Assembly (NCBI GenBank): GCA_020632155.1
Contig: JACKGE010000001.1
Span: 381,302-445,301, forward strand
Source: Candidatus Nomurabacteria bacterium
GTDB taxonomy: Bacteria; Patescibacteriota; Minisyncoccia; Phycocordibacterales; UBA918
Reading direction: 5' to 3'
Length of the DNA: 64,000 bases
This document shows, piece after piece, positions 1-9,740 of this stretch. Positions within the stretch are counted from its first letter, which is position 1. Each line of letters opens with the position of its first letter. Position numbers and translations under genes: made by a program. The notes beneath the pieces were generated by a model. It was not told the DNA's origin. It ran no database searches and was given only the letters and a program-made list of their open reading frames with translations.

Positions 1-746
1 AACATCCTCCTGAGAATGATTACGGGGGTATTATCAAGCGCAAGGCTGCAGAGCTTGGCGTTGACGTTGGTTCTACAATGGAAGATATGGACGAATACAT
101 GGCGTCTATTGGGTGGCGCCCTAAACGTGATACCCTTGCCAAGATTGCTGAAAAAAACATGTGGGTTCGCGATCGGTTTTTTTCAGAGACTAATGCTGGC
201 AGCAGTGGGTTGGCGGTATTTGTCGTTAAAGAATTAGCCCTAGAAAGAGGACTACTACCAGACATAGTCCACCATTTAAAAGAGAATGGATTGACCGTGA
301 TAGAAAGTACAGTTTTGTCCGAAGAGCAAAAAAGGCGCGCGACGGATGATATTCGTGGTGGCAATTGGGCTGGTCCCGATGGAAGCACGGCTGGATTGCT
401 GCCAGCGGCCATCATTGTTGCTGTTGATCCACAATGTGCTCAGTTGCCAGCGGCGTATGCTAATGAATATGAACGCGTTCGGGTTAAAAAGCGAAAAGAG
501 AAAGTTAGAAAGGCTTTTGATCAAGCAGGGGAGGCAAGCCTCGTCCATTCAGCGGATAATACTGTTGAAGCATGGGACTATATAGAAGTTTGTTTCCCTG
601 AAAAACGCTCTGCTCTTGAAGCTAAAGCAGAAACAGCCGCTCGGCGAACCCTCTGGTTGCGAGTCAAGCGTTTATGTTCTCCAACATACCTTTCCAATAC
701 TACTCGCTTTGCCCTTCGTGACCTTGTCACTAAACGACTTCTATGA
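1..746 (+). CDS. hypothetical protein, 3' portion (5' end lies off-window); tandem paralog of the C-terminal half of the next gene
   Basis: Reading frame of ORF 78..746 is open back to the window edge. Translation from nt 3 (HPPENDYGGIIKRKAAELGVDVGSTMEDMD...GWRPKRDTLAKIAEKNMWVRDRFF...WDYIEVCFPEK) aligns along its length with aa ~300-520 of ORF 743..2398 (YPENDYFGVIKQKAAALGTEVGATMEEMD...GWRPKLDTLAKIADTNDWVHQRFF...WEYIEICFPDK). Confidence 0.6.
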   Translation, partial: HPPENDYGGIIKRKAAELGVDVGSTMEDMDEYMASIGWRPKRDTLAKIAEKNMWVRDRFFSETNAGSSGLAVFVVKELALERGLLPDIVHHLKENGLTVIESTVLSEEQKRRATDDIRGGNWAGPDGSTAGLLPAAIIVAVDPQCAQLPAAYANEYERVRVKKRKEKVRKAFDQAGEASLVHSADNTVEAWDYIEVCFPEKRSALEAKAETAARRTLWLRVKRLCSPTYLSNTTRFALRDLVTKRLL

Positions 747-2398
747 CAAATAAAGAGACCATCAATAGTAACGACGTAGTGTCGTTTGTGAAGGGCCGTA
801 CAGTTGAGGTATATGGTTCAACCTACGCACTTTCAACCAGCATCAAGCGTGCGGGAGCAACCAGTGTGACCTTGTATACCAAAGATGATGTCGGCGAAAA
901 AGGTGACGGTTCAGTTGCTGTACGCCAGTATCGTCTATTGCGTGAAGCAGCCGACTGTGTGGCGCCAGTCTGTGTGCTCGATGGTCGATCAGTAAAGCTT
1001 TTAGTTGCTATGTATCCTAGCGCACCAAAGTATGTGCTGGTGCGAGTAAGTTTGAGTAGTGCATGGCTGCTTGGTTTCTTTGGTCTCATTAGGCGTGCCC
1101 TCTTTGGTTTGGTGCGAATAAAGAAATTGATACAGATCATTGATGAGACTGGACGCAAAACCTACTGGCTTGTATTAGAGCAGACTGGTAAATCTACTCA
1201 AGCAGTTCCGGTTCTTCCTAGTGCTATCGGCATTGCCGGTTTTTTGCGCTGGCTCGCACAAGAAAATATCGAGTACGTGGTCTTACGTTTTTATGAAAAG
1301 TTGCCAGAACTTTATCGTGAAGGAGGTGATCTCGACCTACTACTTTCTGATGCTGGTAAACAAAAGGTAGAAACCTATTTGAAAGAGAATCAACATCTGT
1401 TAACTGAAACGGGTGAGGATATTAGGCTCGGCTTGCTCCGAGTTTCAGGTGAACCGGGAGATATTCCTGCCTACCCACCACCGTTGGCACGCCAAATACT
1501 CGAGCGCTCAGTTTCTGGTCCTGCTGGTTCTCGTATTCCAGCACCACAGGACGCCCTTTATGCTCTGATATATCACTGCTTATATCACTCCCGCAAGGGC
1601 CATGCCTGTGGTATCCCGAGTACCCTAAAGGAAGAGACTGAAAAATATCCAGAAAATGACTACTTTGGAGTAATAAAACAGAAGGCAGCCGCTCTTGGTA
1701 CAGAGGTCGGTGCCACCATGGAGGAGATGGATAATCATTTGGCCCAAGCAGGATGGCGACCCAAGTTAGATACACTCGCTAAGATAGCTGACACCAACGA
1801 CTGGGTCCATCAGCGTTTCTTTGCTGATGCTGCTGAGCACAAAGATGCATTGGTCGGGTTATCAGTGTTCATTTTTCGTGAGTGGGTTCTTGAGGCCGGT
1901 TTAACCGAAGCGTTAGATGATCTTATACGCTCACAGGGATACCGTATCTTACACTCCAAAATCTTTACTGATGAAGAGAAGCAAACAGCTTTCGAGAATC
2001 TTCGAGGAGGGACGTGGGGCTCAGACGAGTCGGGCAATACTGATGGATGGCGTCCTGCCGGAGCTCTTGTTGTGGTCGATCTCAAATGTGCCAAACTACC
2101 ACCTGTGTACGCTGCTGGCTTTGAACAATATCGAGTGCGTAAGCTAAAAGAGTTGCTACGCCAAAGCTTAGACGGAGGTGACAAAAGCTCTGTCCACTCT
2201 ACTGATAATACACGCGAATCGTGGGAGTATATCGAGATATGTTTCCCAGACAAGCTCGAAGTTATAAAAGACGAGGTACAAGCATACCTAAAACCTTCAC
2301 GTCTAGCCACGATAACACATGTGCTTACTCCACGATACTTGAAGCATTCTTTAAAACACAGTGTGCGTAACTTTTTGATTAAGCACTTTTTGGAGTAG
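743..2398 (+). CDS. hypothetical 551-aa protein; C-terminal ~220 aa is a paralogous copy of the upstream gene's domain; function unknown (weak GGDLDLLLSD nucleotidyltransferase-like motif)
   Basis: Long ORF; start overlaps the upstream stop (ATGA). Its C-terminal domain is shared with CDS 1..746. No confident family assignment from sequence alone. Confidence 0.65.
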   Translation: MTNKETINSNDVVSFVKGRTVEVYGSTYALSTSIKRAGATSVTLYTKDDVGEKGDGSVAVRQYRLLREAADCVAPVCVLDGRSVKLLVAMYPSAPKYVLVRVSLSSAWLLGFFGLIRRALFGLVRIKKLIQIIDETGRKTYWLVLEQTGKSTQAVPVLPSAIGIAGFLRWLAQENIEYVVLRFYEKLPELYREGGDLDLLLSDAGKQKVETYLKENQHLLTETGEDIRLGLLRVSGEPGDIPAYPPPLARQILERSVSGPAGSRIPAPQDALYALIYHCLYHSRKGHACGIPSTLKEETEKYPENDYFGVIKQKAAALGTEVGATMEEMDNHLAQAGWRPKLDTLAKIADTNDWVHQRFFADAAEHKDALVGLSVFIFREWVLEAGLTEALDDLIRSQGYRILHSKIFTDEEKQTAFENLRGGTWGSDESGNTDGWRPAGALVVVDLKCAKLPPVYAAGFEQYRVRKLKELLRQSLDGGDKSSVHSTDNTRESWEYIEICFPDKLEVIKDEVQAYLKPSRLATITHVLTPRYLKHSLKHSVRNFLIKHFLE

Positions 2399-2404
2399 GT
2401 TGCT

Positions 2405-3106
2405 ATGAGAACATCACACTATATTGAACTAGTGGGTTTGCCAGGTTCTGGAAAAACAGAAGCGGCAAAAATTCTCTTGGCTGAATTACAGACGAAGCGA
2501 ATTGGAGTTCAAATGAGAAATCCTCTTAATGCTAATTTGTACGTGAAGACGTATATTGTACTAAAAATGTTATGGCTGCTTTGCAAACACCCGTCACTTA
2601 TAAGATTGTGGCTTTCTCCTATCGCTGATGAGTATACAAAAACTCCCCATATACGGTCAGTTGTGAGAAATATGCGATACCGTTTAATCGCTGAGTCTGT
2701 AATAGTCAGCTATAAAATGAGAAAAAAAGACACGATTTTTATTAATGATGAGGGCATTTTTGGTCGAGTTGTAGCACTATTGACCTTGCTACAAATAAAC
2801 TATGAATACGCAGAGCGCCTACTCAGTATCTTGTTGCCACAAGAGACACAGATTATTCAAATAGTTACGTCTCCAGAAAATGCATTGAAACGTGAGCGTG
2901 CTCGTCACATCGAACTGCCATTTTTTAATGATATGGAAGATTCTGTCAAGAGTATGTTTTTCGTAGGTGGTGCGCAGCAATATCAACAACTTTTAGCAAG
3001 ACTATCTGACTGCCCAGTGCCAAATATCAGCTATGTTAACAACAATGGGGGCCGAAGGATTTTAGTCGAGAATGTTAGACAGTTTGTAAAGACATTAAAT
3101 TTTTAA
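2405..3106 (+). CDS. P-loop NTPase / small kinase-like protein (Walker A at residues 11-18)
   Basis: N-terminal GLPGSGKT Walker A motif and later DEG (Walker B-like). Length 233 aa. Same architecture as CDS 5000..5683 and the N-domain of 5686..7521. Confidence 0.6.
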   Translation: MRTSHYIELVGLPGSGKTEAAKILLAELQTKRIGVQMRNPLNANLYVKTYIVLKMLWLLCKHPSLIRLWLSPIADEYTKTPHIRSVVRNMRYRLIAESVIVSYKMRKKDTIFINDEGIFGRVVALLTLLQINYEYAERLLSILLPQETQIIQIVTSPENALKRERARHIELPFFNDMEDSVKSMFFVGGAQQYQQLLARLSDCPVPNISYVNNNGGRRILVENVRQFVKTLNF

Positions 3107-3134
3107 TTTACTGTTAGGGTATAATCGATTTGTC

Positions 3135-3839
3135 ATGAAAAATGCCACACAAGTAATAATTGATCGCAGCATACCTAGAAATTTTCTATGCTACGTACCT
3201 AAGCGCGACGAGTATATTTTAGACTTATGCAAAGGCAAGAAAGTGCTCCATATTGGCGCCTCTGATTGGCCCTATACAGAGCAACAGTTAGAAAGGGGAA
3301 ATCTCTTGTATGCTCGTATTGGTGAGGTGGCTTCTCGGCAGCTGGGTCTAGACTTTGACCGAGAAGCAAGTGAATTCTTGAATAGCAAGAAAATTCCAAA
3401 CTCGGAAATTATTGTAGCTGATATGAACGAACTGCAGGACCTAGATTTTCAGCCAGACGTAATTGTGTTTGGTGAGACCATGGAGCATTTGATGAATCTG
3501 GAGGTTGCGCTCAGTAATATGAAGCGGGTGATGGGAGATAGTACGAAGTTGATAATTAGTGTCCCGAATGCGTTCCATTTCATTAACTTTGTGTACGCAT
3601 TCTTTCGTCGCGAACATCAGCATCCAGACCATAGTGTTGCGTTCACCTATAAGACCCTGACCCAACTGCTTGGCAAAAACAAACTTACGGTCGTAGATTT
3701 TAGGTTCACGTTCCTCAATTCCTCCTCTCGTCTACAGCATTTGAATTGGAAAGGAAAGATCATGTATTTCGTTGAGCGGGTAATAGTACGAATAAGTCCT
3801 TTGTTTGCAGAAACACTGCTAGTTGTGGCTGAGAAGTAG
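3135..3839 (+). CDS. class I SAM-dependent methyltransferase (putative)
   Basis: Motif I-like VLHIGASDW, acidic loop, and motif II-like DVIVFGETMEHL. Size 234 aa. Confidence 0.55.
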   Translation: MKNATQVIIDRSIPRNFLCYVPKRDEYILDLCKGKKVLHIGASDWPYTEQQLERGNLLYARIGEVASRQLGLDFDREASEFLNSKKIPNSEIIVADMNELQDLDFQPDVIVFGETMEHLMNLEVALSNMKRVMGDSTKLIISVPNAFHFINFVYAFFRREHQHPDHSVAFTYKTLTQLLGKNKLTVVDFRFTFLNSSSRLQHLNWKGKIMYFVERVIVRISPLFAETLLVVAEK

Positions 3840-3848
3840 CGCCAGCGT

Positions 3849-4961
3849 CTAACTCTTAAGTATCTTAAGATATTCATCAGTAGCCATTTCGGCCTTGTAA
3901 GCGGACAAGGCGGACGTAGGTACTATTGGCCTAGGGCTAATCAGTGTTCTGATAATAGCGTTGGCCAAGGACTCTGGGTCATTCATAGCTACCAAAGTCC
4001 CATATTGACCGTTTTTCAGTATCTCCCTAGGGCCAGTAGGGGCATCCGTGCTTACAACCTTGGTTCCAAGTGCTAATGCCTCAATCAGGACGGTCGGCAA
4101 ACCTTCACGCGTGGAGGAAAGTACCAATACATCAGCCTTTTTATACCAAGGGTAGGGATTGTCTGTGTAACCGAGTAGTGACACTTGGTCTTCAATATTG
4201 AGTTCTCGAGCCAAGGCTTCCAAAGCTGACTTCTCCGGACCATCTCCCGCCAGAACCAAACGAGCTGGTGTTTTTTTAGTCACTAAGGCGAAGGCTTGCA
4301 GCAGTGTGGGATAGTCCTTTTCCTTTGATAGACGGCCGATAGCCAGTAGAAGCGGTTCACCTAAAGACAAGAAAAGATGCTCAACTGGTTCTTGGCTTTT
4401 TTTGAAGATGTCATCGGTGATTACTGGATTATAGATAGTGACTACTTTTTCCGCAGGCAGTCCGGCGAGAGCGGCCATTTGTTTGGCAGCTCCTTTTGAC
4501 ACTGCAACCCATCCGTCAGCGAAGCGGTAGAGTACTTTGATACTCATTTTTGCTATGAGCCTTTTGAGCAAAGAAATAGTTGCTAAGCCATTAGTGAGTG
4601 AGGTGTGCTCAACTAAGACGAGGCGCGTGCGGCGCGCGCCAAAGGCGCGCGCCAAGACCGCCACGCAATTGGTATGATATGAAGCTGATAGTAGAGATTG
4701 TGGTCGGAGGTCTTTAAGCAGCCGCCGCAGACCAAAAAAAGAGCTCATTGCCCGAGAAGCATTGAGATATCGTACTGTGACTCTTGACTCCAATTCAGCG
4801 GAATAGTGACCGGAGTGGAGAGACCAGACCTCAACCGTAAGTCCACGCTTCATAAACCCCAAAGCCAGCTCAGCGGTCACTTTTCCTATGCCACCATCCA
4901 AAGATGGAACAAACATCGCAATATCGATCAAATCTGGCTTATTACTTACTTTCCCTGACAT
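3849..4961 (-). CDS. glycosyltransferase family 4 (GT-B, GT1 clan)
   Basis: C-terminal EX7E signature region VLVLSSTREGLPTVLIEALALGTKVVSTDAPTGPREIL. Typical GT4 N-terminal beta-alpha start FVPSLDGGIGKV. Confidence 0.85.
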   Translation of the reverse strand: MSGKVSNKPDLIDIAMFVPSLDGGIGKVTAELALGFMKRGLTVEVWSLHSGHYSAELESRVTVRYLNASRAMSSFFGLRRLLKDLRPQSLLSASYHTNCVAVLARAFGARRTRLVLVEHTSLTNGLATISLLKRLIAKMSIKVLYRFADGWVAVSKGAAKQMAALAGLPAEKVVTIYNPVITDDIFKKSQEPVEHLFLSLGEPLLLAIGRLSKEKDYPTLLQAFALVTKKTPARLVLAGDGPEKSALEALARELNIEDQVSLLGYTDNPYPWYKKADVLVLSSTREGLPTVLIEALALGTKVVSTDAPTGPREILKNGQYGTLVAMNDPESLANAIIRTLISPRPIVPTSALSAYKAEMATDEYLKILKS

Positions 4962-4999
4962 TAGCCCATTATAGGCTAATTACGCTATACTGTCTTTGC

Positions 5000-5683
5000 A
5001 TGAAAGGAAGACCTTATTACATTGAGTTTGTCGGCCAACACACTGCCGGAAAGACCACTATCATCCACGCTATTGTTGACGGTGGTCTACTTGAGCCTAG
5101 GATTGCGGTCTATCCGCAACAATTACGACGCGCTCGTTGGCATTTTGTTTTATCACTACCACTTTTGATACTTACCAACGCACACCACCTGCTATTTGTG
5201 GCGGCTTTTTTTGTAGGTAAGGCAAAATGGCAGTGGACCAATTATCAAGATGTGGCACGACATATCTTTAAAATGGTCCTCTTGCATCCGTACTATCACC
5301 GTTACCAATTCGACATCTGGATGAAAGACGACATGCTACACTTCCTGCCGCGCATTCTCTTTCGAGAGGGTATTGGTATAGAGAAAGCCTTTTTGCAGTT
5401 TTTTGACCACTTTGCATTTTTATACGACGGTCTGGTTTTTGTCGAGATACCTCATGCTGTCATGCAAGAACGTTTCGCAGCCCGTTTTAAGACTCAAAGT
5501 CAGCAAAGAAAAACAACGCGAGAGCCAATCTACGAACACGCATTTGCACAAAATGTCGCCTTGCTACAAGTTTTGAAGCAGCAATCAAAAGTGCCACTTT
5601 TGATTCTTGATGGTTGTAGAGAAACCAAAGAAAACACGATGCGCGTAGTCTCTTTTATAAATTCTGAAGTCATAAAGAATTAA
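5000..5683 (+). CDS. P-loop NTPase / kinase-like protein, paralog of 2405..3106
   Basis: Walker A GQHTAGKTT near the N-terminus. The internal ATG at 5000 is chosen because the longer ORF from 4904 would overlap the convergent GT4 gene. Stop lies 2 nt before the start of the next gene. Confidence 0.6.
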   Translation: MKGRPYYIEFVGQHTAGKTTIIHAIVDGGLLEPRIAVYPQQLRRARWHFVLSLPLLILTNAHHLLFVAAFFVGKAKWQWTNYQDVARHIFKMVLLHPYYHRYQFDIWMKDDMLHFLPRILFREGIGIEKAFLQFFDHFAFLYDGLVFVEIPHAVMQERFAARFKTQSQQRKTTREPIYEHAFAQNVALLQVLKQQSKVPLLILDGCRETKENTMRVVSFINSEVIKN

Positions 5684-5685
5684 CC

Positions 5686-7521
5686 ATGTTAATCGTATTT
5701 ACTGGGGAACGCGGAGCGGGGAAGTCCACGATTGCTAAAGCGTTATATACCAAATTCGAGAAAAGAGGCCTTCCGTATACTCACCAGTCTGCGTGGCTTC
5801 AAGACGCATCAAGTCCGCTGCAAAGGTTTTTTTGGGCACTACGGTTTCCTTTTTACCTACAACTCCGCATCTTCACTGCGTACGTTGGTAATGTGTGGCA
5901 AGCACGACGCAAAACCAACCTTAAAAACCGTTTATATTTAATGTATTTCCCGTTTATTTTTGCGTATTACTTGAGGGTAGCTGCAGGTCACAAAAAAACT
6001 TTGGTCTGTATTGATACTGATATATTCAATTGGTTCGTCACAAGTGCTGTACGGGGTACATCAAACATTGATTACGTCCGAACCCTCGTTTCTGATGTAG
6101 TCATACCGCAAGCGGGAAAGGTTTTAATCGTTGATATTTCGCTTGATTCAAATGAAGCAATCAGCCGCTGGATGCAGCGTGACACAGTTGTAATTGATCA
6201 AAACAGTGTCGCTGCCGAACTCCAACAACGTACACAGCGTCAGCTTGTACGGACGGAATTATTACAACACATTGAGTCGTTGCCTAATGTGGACAGGTTG
6301 ATTCTTGACGGGACAGAAACTGCTGAAGAAAATGCTTCCAAAATACTGACTGAAGTAGAAACACTACAGCGGGATATAAACGATAAAAAAGTAATCGGTT
6401 TAGTGCCCTATAAACGCCATTTACGTTCTTTGTACGCAGCGTTAAGCAAGAAAATAGCAATACTCGGATTTGCCTCTCTACAGAAGACACGGCGTATTGA
6501 GCTTGGTGATGGAGTTGAGATACTGCCGTACAAAAAAAGCACGTTTGGCGTGCTCCCGTTCCTGTCTTTGTTTGGTTGGCAGCCGCATGCTCCGCATTTC
6601 ATACGAAACTTCGCTGGTTTATTGTCAGGGAAGCATGTCGATGTGCTTGTTGTGTTTGATATCTATCATTGGTTTTTGATGCAGGCTCTTAGATATACAC
6701 GTCGCCATCCCGAGACAAAACTGTTTGTTTGGAGTGAGACAAAGCGCTGGCCGGTAAGTAGACTTTCGCGGGTAGTGCTCTCACTCTGGATACGGTATGT
6801 AAGACGACATCGCGCACAGATTCACAAGGTATTTGTATACACACAAGAAGGACAACGTTTTTGGGCCGAAAATCTACCAGAATTTAAAACTGAACTCCTA
6901 CAAGCACCTGTCGACAACCAACTCTTTGTACCTACTGAGCGTCGCGAGTGGCTTCCGAATGGAACGTTACGAATTTTAATGAATGCTCAGTATATACCGT
7001 ACAAAAGGCATATTAATTTGTTAGAAGCGGTGGCACAATTGCGCTCGCAGGATAGAGCCATCAGTGTCACGCTCGTAGCTCGTCGCAGTACAGGACAAGA
7101 AGAGGTGCAAAAAAAGGTCTTTGCGCTGGGACTGGGCGACATCGTTCGATTTCAAGGGCCACTATCAAAAGATGAGCTACGACAGCTTAATAATCAGCAT
7201 GATGTCTTAGTGCTTCCAAGTTATAACGAAGCCATTGGCATGGTCGTCCCTGAGGCCATGGCGTGTGGACTGCCAACCATCACGAGTGACACGGTTGGAG
7301 CAAATGCTTATATATCAGAAAATGAAACTGGTTTTATTTTCAAAACCGGTGATGTTCAAGCCTTGGCGAGTATATTAAATAACTGTTTTAATCCCACGTT
7401 ACTTGCATCAATGGGGCAGGCAGCACGCGTGCGTGTGGCAACTGAGTTTACTCCTGAAGCAATCGCTGAAAAACTTTATCGAGCAATATCAGACAGCGCG
7501 GTCTCTGACGAAAAAGAATAA
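5686..7521 (+). CDS. bifunctional protein: N-terminal P-loop kinase-like domain fused to C-terminal GT4 glycosyltransferase
   Basis: N-terminus MLIVFTGERGAGKSTIAKALY (Walker A). C-terminus VLVLPSYNEAIGMVVPEAMACGLPTITSDTVGANAYISENETGFIF is the GT4 EX7E region. Length 611 aa. Confidence 0.8.
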   Translation: MLIVFTGERGAGKSTIAKALYTKFEKRGLPYTHQSAWLQDASSPLQRFFWALRFPFYLQLRIFTAYVGNVWQARRKTNLKNRLYLMYFPFIFAYYLRVAAGHKKTLVCIDTDIFNWFVTSAVRGTSNIDYVRTLVSDVVIPQAGKVLIVDISLDSNEAISRWMQRDTVVIDQNSVAAELQQRTQRQLVRTELLQHIESLPNVDRLILDGTETAEENASKILTEVETLQRDINDKKVIGLVPYKRHLRSLYAALSKKIAILGFASLQKTRRIELGDGVEILPYKKSTFGVLPFLSLFGWQPHAPHFIRNFAGLLSGKHVDVLVVFDIYHWFLMQALRYTRRHPETKLFVWSETKRWPVSRLSRVVLSLWIRYVRRHRAQIHKVFVYTQEGQRFWAENLPEFKTELLQAPVDNQLFVPTERREWLPNGTLRILMNAQYIPYKRHINLLEAVAQLRSQDRAISVTLVARRSTGQEEVQKKVFALGLGDIVRFQGPLSKDELRQLNNQHDVLVLPSYNEAIGMVVPEAMACGLPTITSDTVGANAYISENETGFIFKTGDVQALASILNNCFNPTLLASMGQAARVRVATEFTPEAIAEKLYRAISDSAVSDEKE

Positions 7522-8748
7522 CAACATAATAAGACTGGCAAACTGTTTTCCAACAAAAGCTAATACTGCACCCAGTACCCCATAGGCTGGGATGAGGGTA
7601 CAATATAGTGTTATAGATACTGTCGGCTGAATGAACTCCATGATATAGAGAGCCCGTACGTGCATAGTTGCATTAAAGTATTGTGTGAAAAGTACCAAGG
7701 GAGAAAAAAGTATCAGTAGCGCTGCTAGTTGTGAAAAATGTAGCGTATTTAAATACTGTGGTAAAAAGAGTTTGAATAACAATGGTGCCATTACAATATA
7801 CGCAATATATATTGGAATCGTAGCGATAAAGAATACGAAAAATTTACGTAGCAGTGATTCACGCAGTGCATGTTTATCTCGACTGGCCATTTTAGGAAGA
7901 GCGAGTTTGCCTACATTATTAAGAGCGCTTGTTATTTCTTTAGGAAGTGACATGGAAATCGTGTACATAGCAACTTGAACTGGTCCAGCAAAATACCACA
8001 ACATCACCTTATCGAGGTGGGCGGATATGGCACTCAGCACTGATGTGCCAGTAAGTTTTTTTCCATACGGTATGGTCTCTGTGTCATTTGATGTCTCCCA
8101 ATGAGAGGTTCTAACCAAATAAATATAGATAAGGAAGTTTATCAATGAAGTGCTTCCAATGTACGCTGCGACGATAACGAAAAGCTGCCCGTGTAGCAGT
8201 ACAGCCGCAGTAGTGGCAGTTATTATGGTGGCATAGCGAATCACAGATACTATGGTGTAGCTGCGATAGTTCTTTCTGCCATTGTAGTAGTTTTGGGCAA
8301 CAGTAAATGATTCATAAAAGGGAACAAACAAAGCGATTAGCAGAAAGAGCGAGCCCAGTGTAGTGTCGCCTGCAAAGAAGTAGTAACCGGCGACAACGAG
8401 TGAACAGAGAGAGCCTAGAATTCCCCAGCGCAATCGTGTTCGTGTCGCTTCAGGAATAATGCCAGCATTACCACGCGCTACAGCACGTACAATCGCAGTA
8501 CCCATACCAGGCAGTGATGCGAGTGTGAACAAACTCATCATAGTGATGAGAAAGCGATATTGACCATAGACAGCCTGACTTAGAAGGTTGGCAAATACCC
8601 AAACCAGAAGTAGTGAAAACACAAAATTTACTATTTGGTTCGATAGCAACCAAGAGCCGCCATGAAATAAATAGGTCATGTCTGTACCTGTATATCGCTC
8701 ACTCCAACGTAGTACTTGATGGAGTCGTTTTTTTGATCTACCAATCAT
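7489..8748 (-). CDS. polysaccharide biosynthesis protein / Wzx-like oligosaccharide flippase (MOP superfamily)
   Basis: 419 aa and about 12 hydrophobic segments. The N-terminal region LLSNQIVNFVFSLLLVWVFANLLSQAVYGQYRFLITMMSL...GMGTAIVRAVARG is typical of the PF01943 family. Convergent 33-nt overlap with the previous gene. Confidence 0.75.
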   Translation of the reverse strand: MIGRSKKRLHQVLRWSERYTGTDMTYLFHGGSWLLSNQIVNFVFSLLLVWVFANLLSQAVYGQYRFLITMMSLFTLASLPGMGTAIVRAVARGNAGIIPEATRTRLRWGILGSLCSLVVAGYYFFAGDTTLGSLFLLIALFVPFYESFTVAQNYYNGRKNYRSYTIVSVIRYATIITATTAAVLLHGQLFVIVAAYIGSTSLINFLIYIYLVRTSHWETSNDTETIPYGKKLTGTSVLSAISAHLDKVMLWYFAGPVQVAMYTISMSLPKEITSALNNVGKLALPKMASRDKHALRESLLRKFFVFFIATIPIYIAYIVMAPLLFKLFLPQYLNTLHFSQLAALLILFSPLVLFTQYFNATMHVRALYIMEFIQPTVSITLYCTLIPAYGVLGAVLAFVGKQFASLIMLLFFFVRDRAV

Positions 8749-8856
8749 GCTCTGTAGTATATACCTTTAACAAACTGGAGTAGTAATAAGTTTCCCGTGT
8801 ATTGTTTTAATTGCCGTTAGTTTCTGTGCAGGCTAAAATGAGCGACACAAAACAGT

Positions 8857-9699
8857 ATGGACATGTACCGCACCGTCAAAGGACTTATTCCAAAGCGTCT
8901 TCGTAAAACGTTTCGGCCAGTGTACGCGCGCTTGGCGCTGCGTGGTTTTGATAGGCCACAAAGTGTCGAGATTAAAACGTACGGTTTTTCTATTCAACTA
9001 GACCCGAATAATGGGGCGGTTGATGAGTACATTTACATGCACCGTAATTGGGAGACCACAATTGCAGCTATTTTGGAGCAGAAATTAGAAAGAGGCGGTA
9101 CGTTTATCGATATCGGCGCTAATATCGGCTACTTCAGTTTGGAGGCGGCAACGTTGGTAGGGGAAGGTGGGCGAGTCATTGCATTTGAACCACTCCCGTT
9201 TTTGGCCGAGCAACTTAGGACAAGTATTCAGCTAAATGGCTTTTCAAATATCGACGTGCGACAGTTGGCGCTCGGGGATTCTGTTGGTGAACAAAAGATA
9301 GAATTGCAGCGCGGTAACATCGGCGGTTCTTCGTTAGTAAAAGAACTTGATTCTGGTCACTTCGAAACGGTGAAGGTGGCTCGGCTCGATGATGAATTGG
9401 CTGGTATTGATCGGGTTGACCTTATAAAAATAGACGTTGAGGGCTACGAGTACGAAGTATTGAAGGGAGCGCAGGCGGTCTTACAAAAGCACCAACCAAC
9501 CTTAGTGATGGAGTTCAGCCCCAATGTATACCGCCGTCGTGACCCGAATATGGCGAGAGATATACTGCTGCTTCTTGTTAACGCCGGCTACTCACTCACC
9601 GATATCGACCGGAATATTGCAGTGACAGACGTCGATGAGTTTCTTGCCGGACTGGGTACAGAACAGACGAATTTACTTGCTGTCAGCAAATCTGGATAA
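8857..9699 (+). CDS. FkbM-family SAM-dependent methyltransferase
   Basis: FIDIGANIGYFSLEAA ... IKIDVEGYEYEVLKGA are the hallmark motifs of the Methyltransf_21/FkbM family. Confidence 0.85.
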   Translation: MDMYRTVKGLIPKRLRKTFRPVYARLALRGFDRPQSVEIKTYGFSIQLDPNNGAVDEYIYMHRNWETTIAAILEQKLERGGTFIDIGANIGYFSLEAATLVGEGGRVIAFEPLPFLAEQLRTSIQLNGFSNIDVRQLALGDSVGEQKIELQRGNIGGSSLVKELDSGHFETVKVARLDDELAGIDRVDLIKIDVEGYEYEVLKGAQAVLQKHQPTLVMEFSPNVYRRRDPNMARDILLLLVNAGYSLTDIDRNIAVTDVDEFLAGLGTEQTNLLAVSKSG

Positions 9700-9740
9700 G
9701 GTGGTCAGTGTTTAGATTTTGGGGCGCTATAATGTAAGGA

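Noticed and set aside
20-2310. Minus-strand ORFs 20..415, 276..548, 823..1158, 1422..1775, 1810..2310
   Set aside because: They are fully embedded antisense to long plus-strand ORFs with paralog-supported reading frames. No independent evidence.
4904-4999. Upstream extension of the P-loop gene (ORF-track start 4904)
   Set aside because: It would overlap the 3' end of the convergent GT4 gene by 58 nt. The internal ATG at 5000 gives a Walker A at residues 11-18, matching its paralogs.
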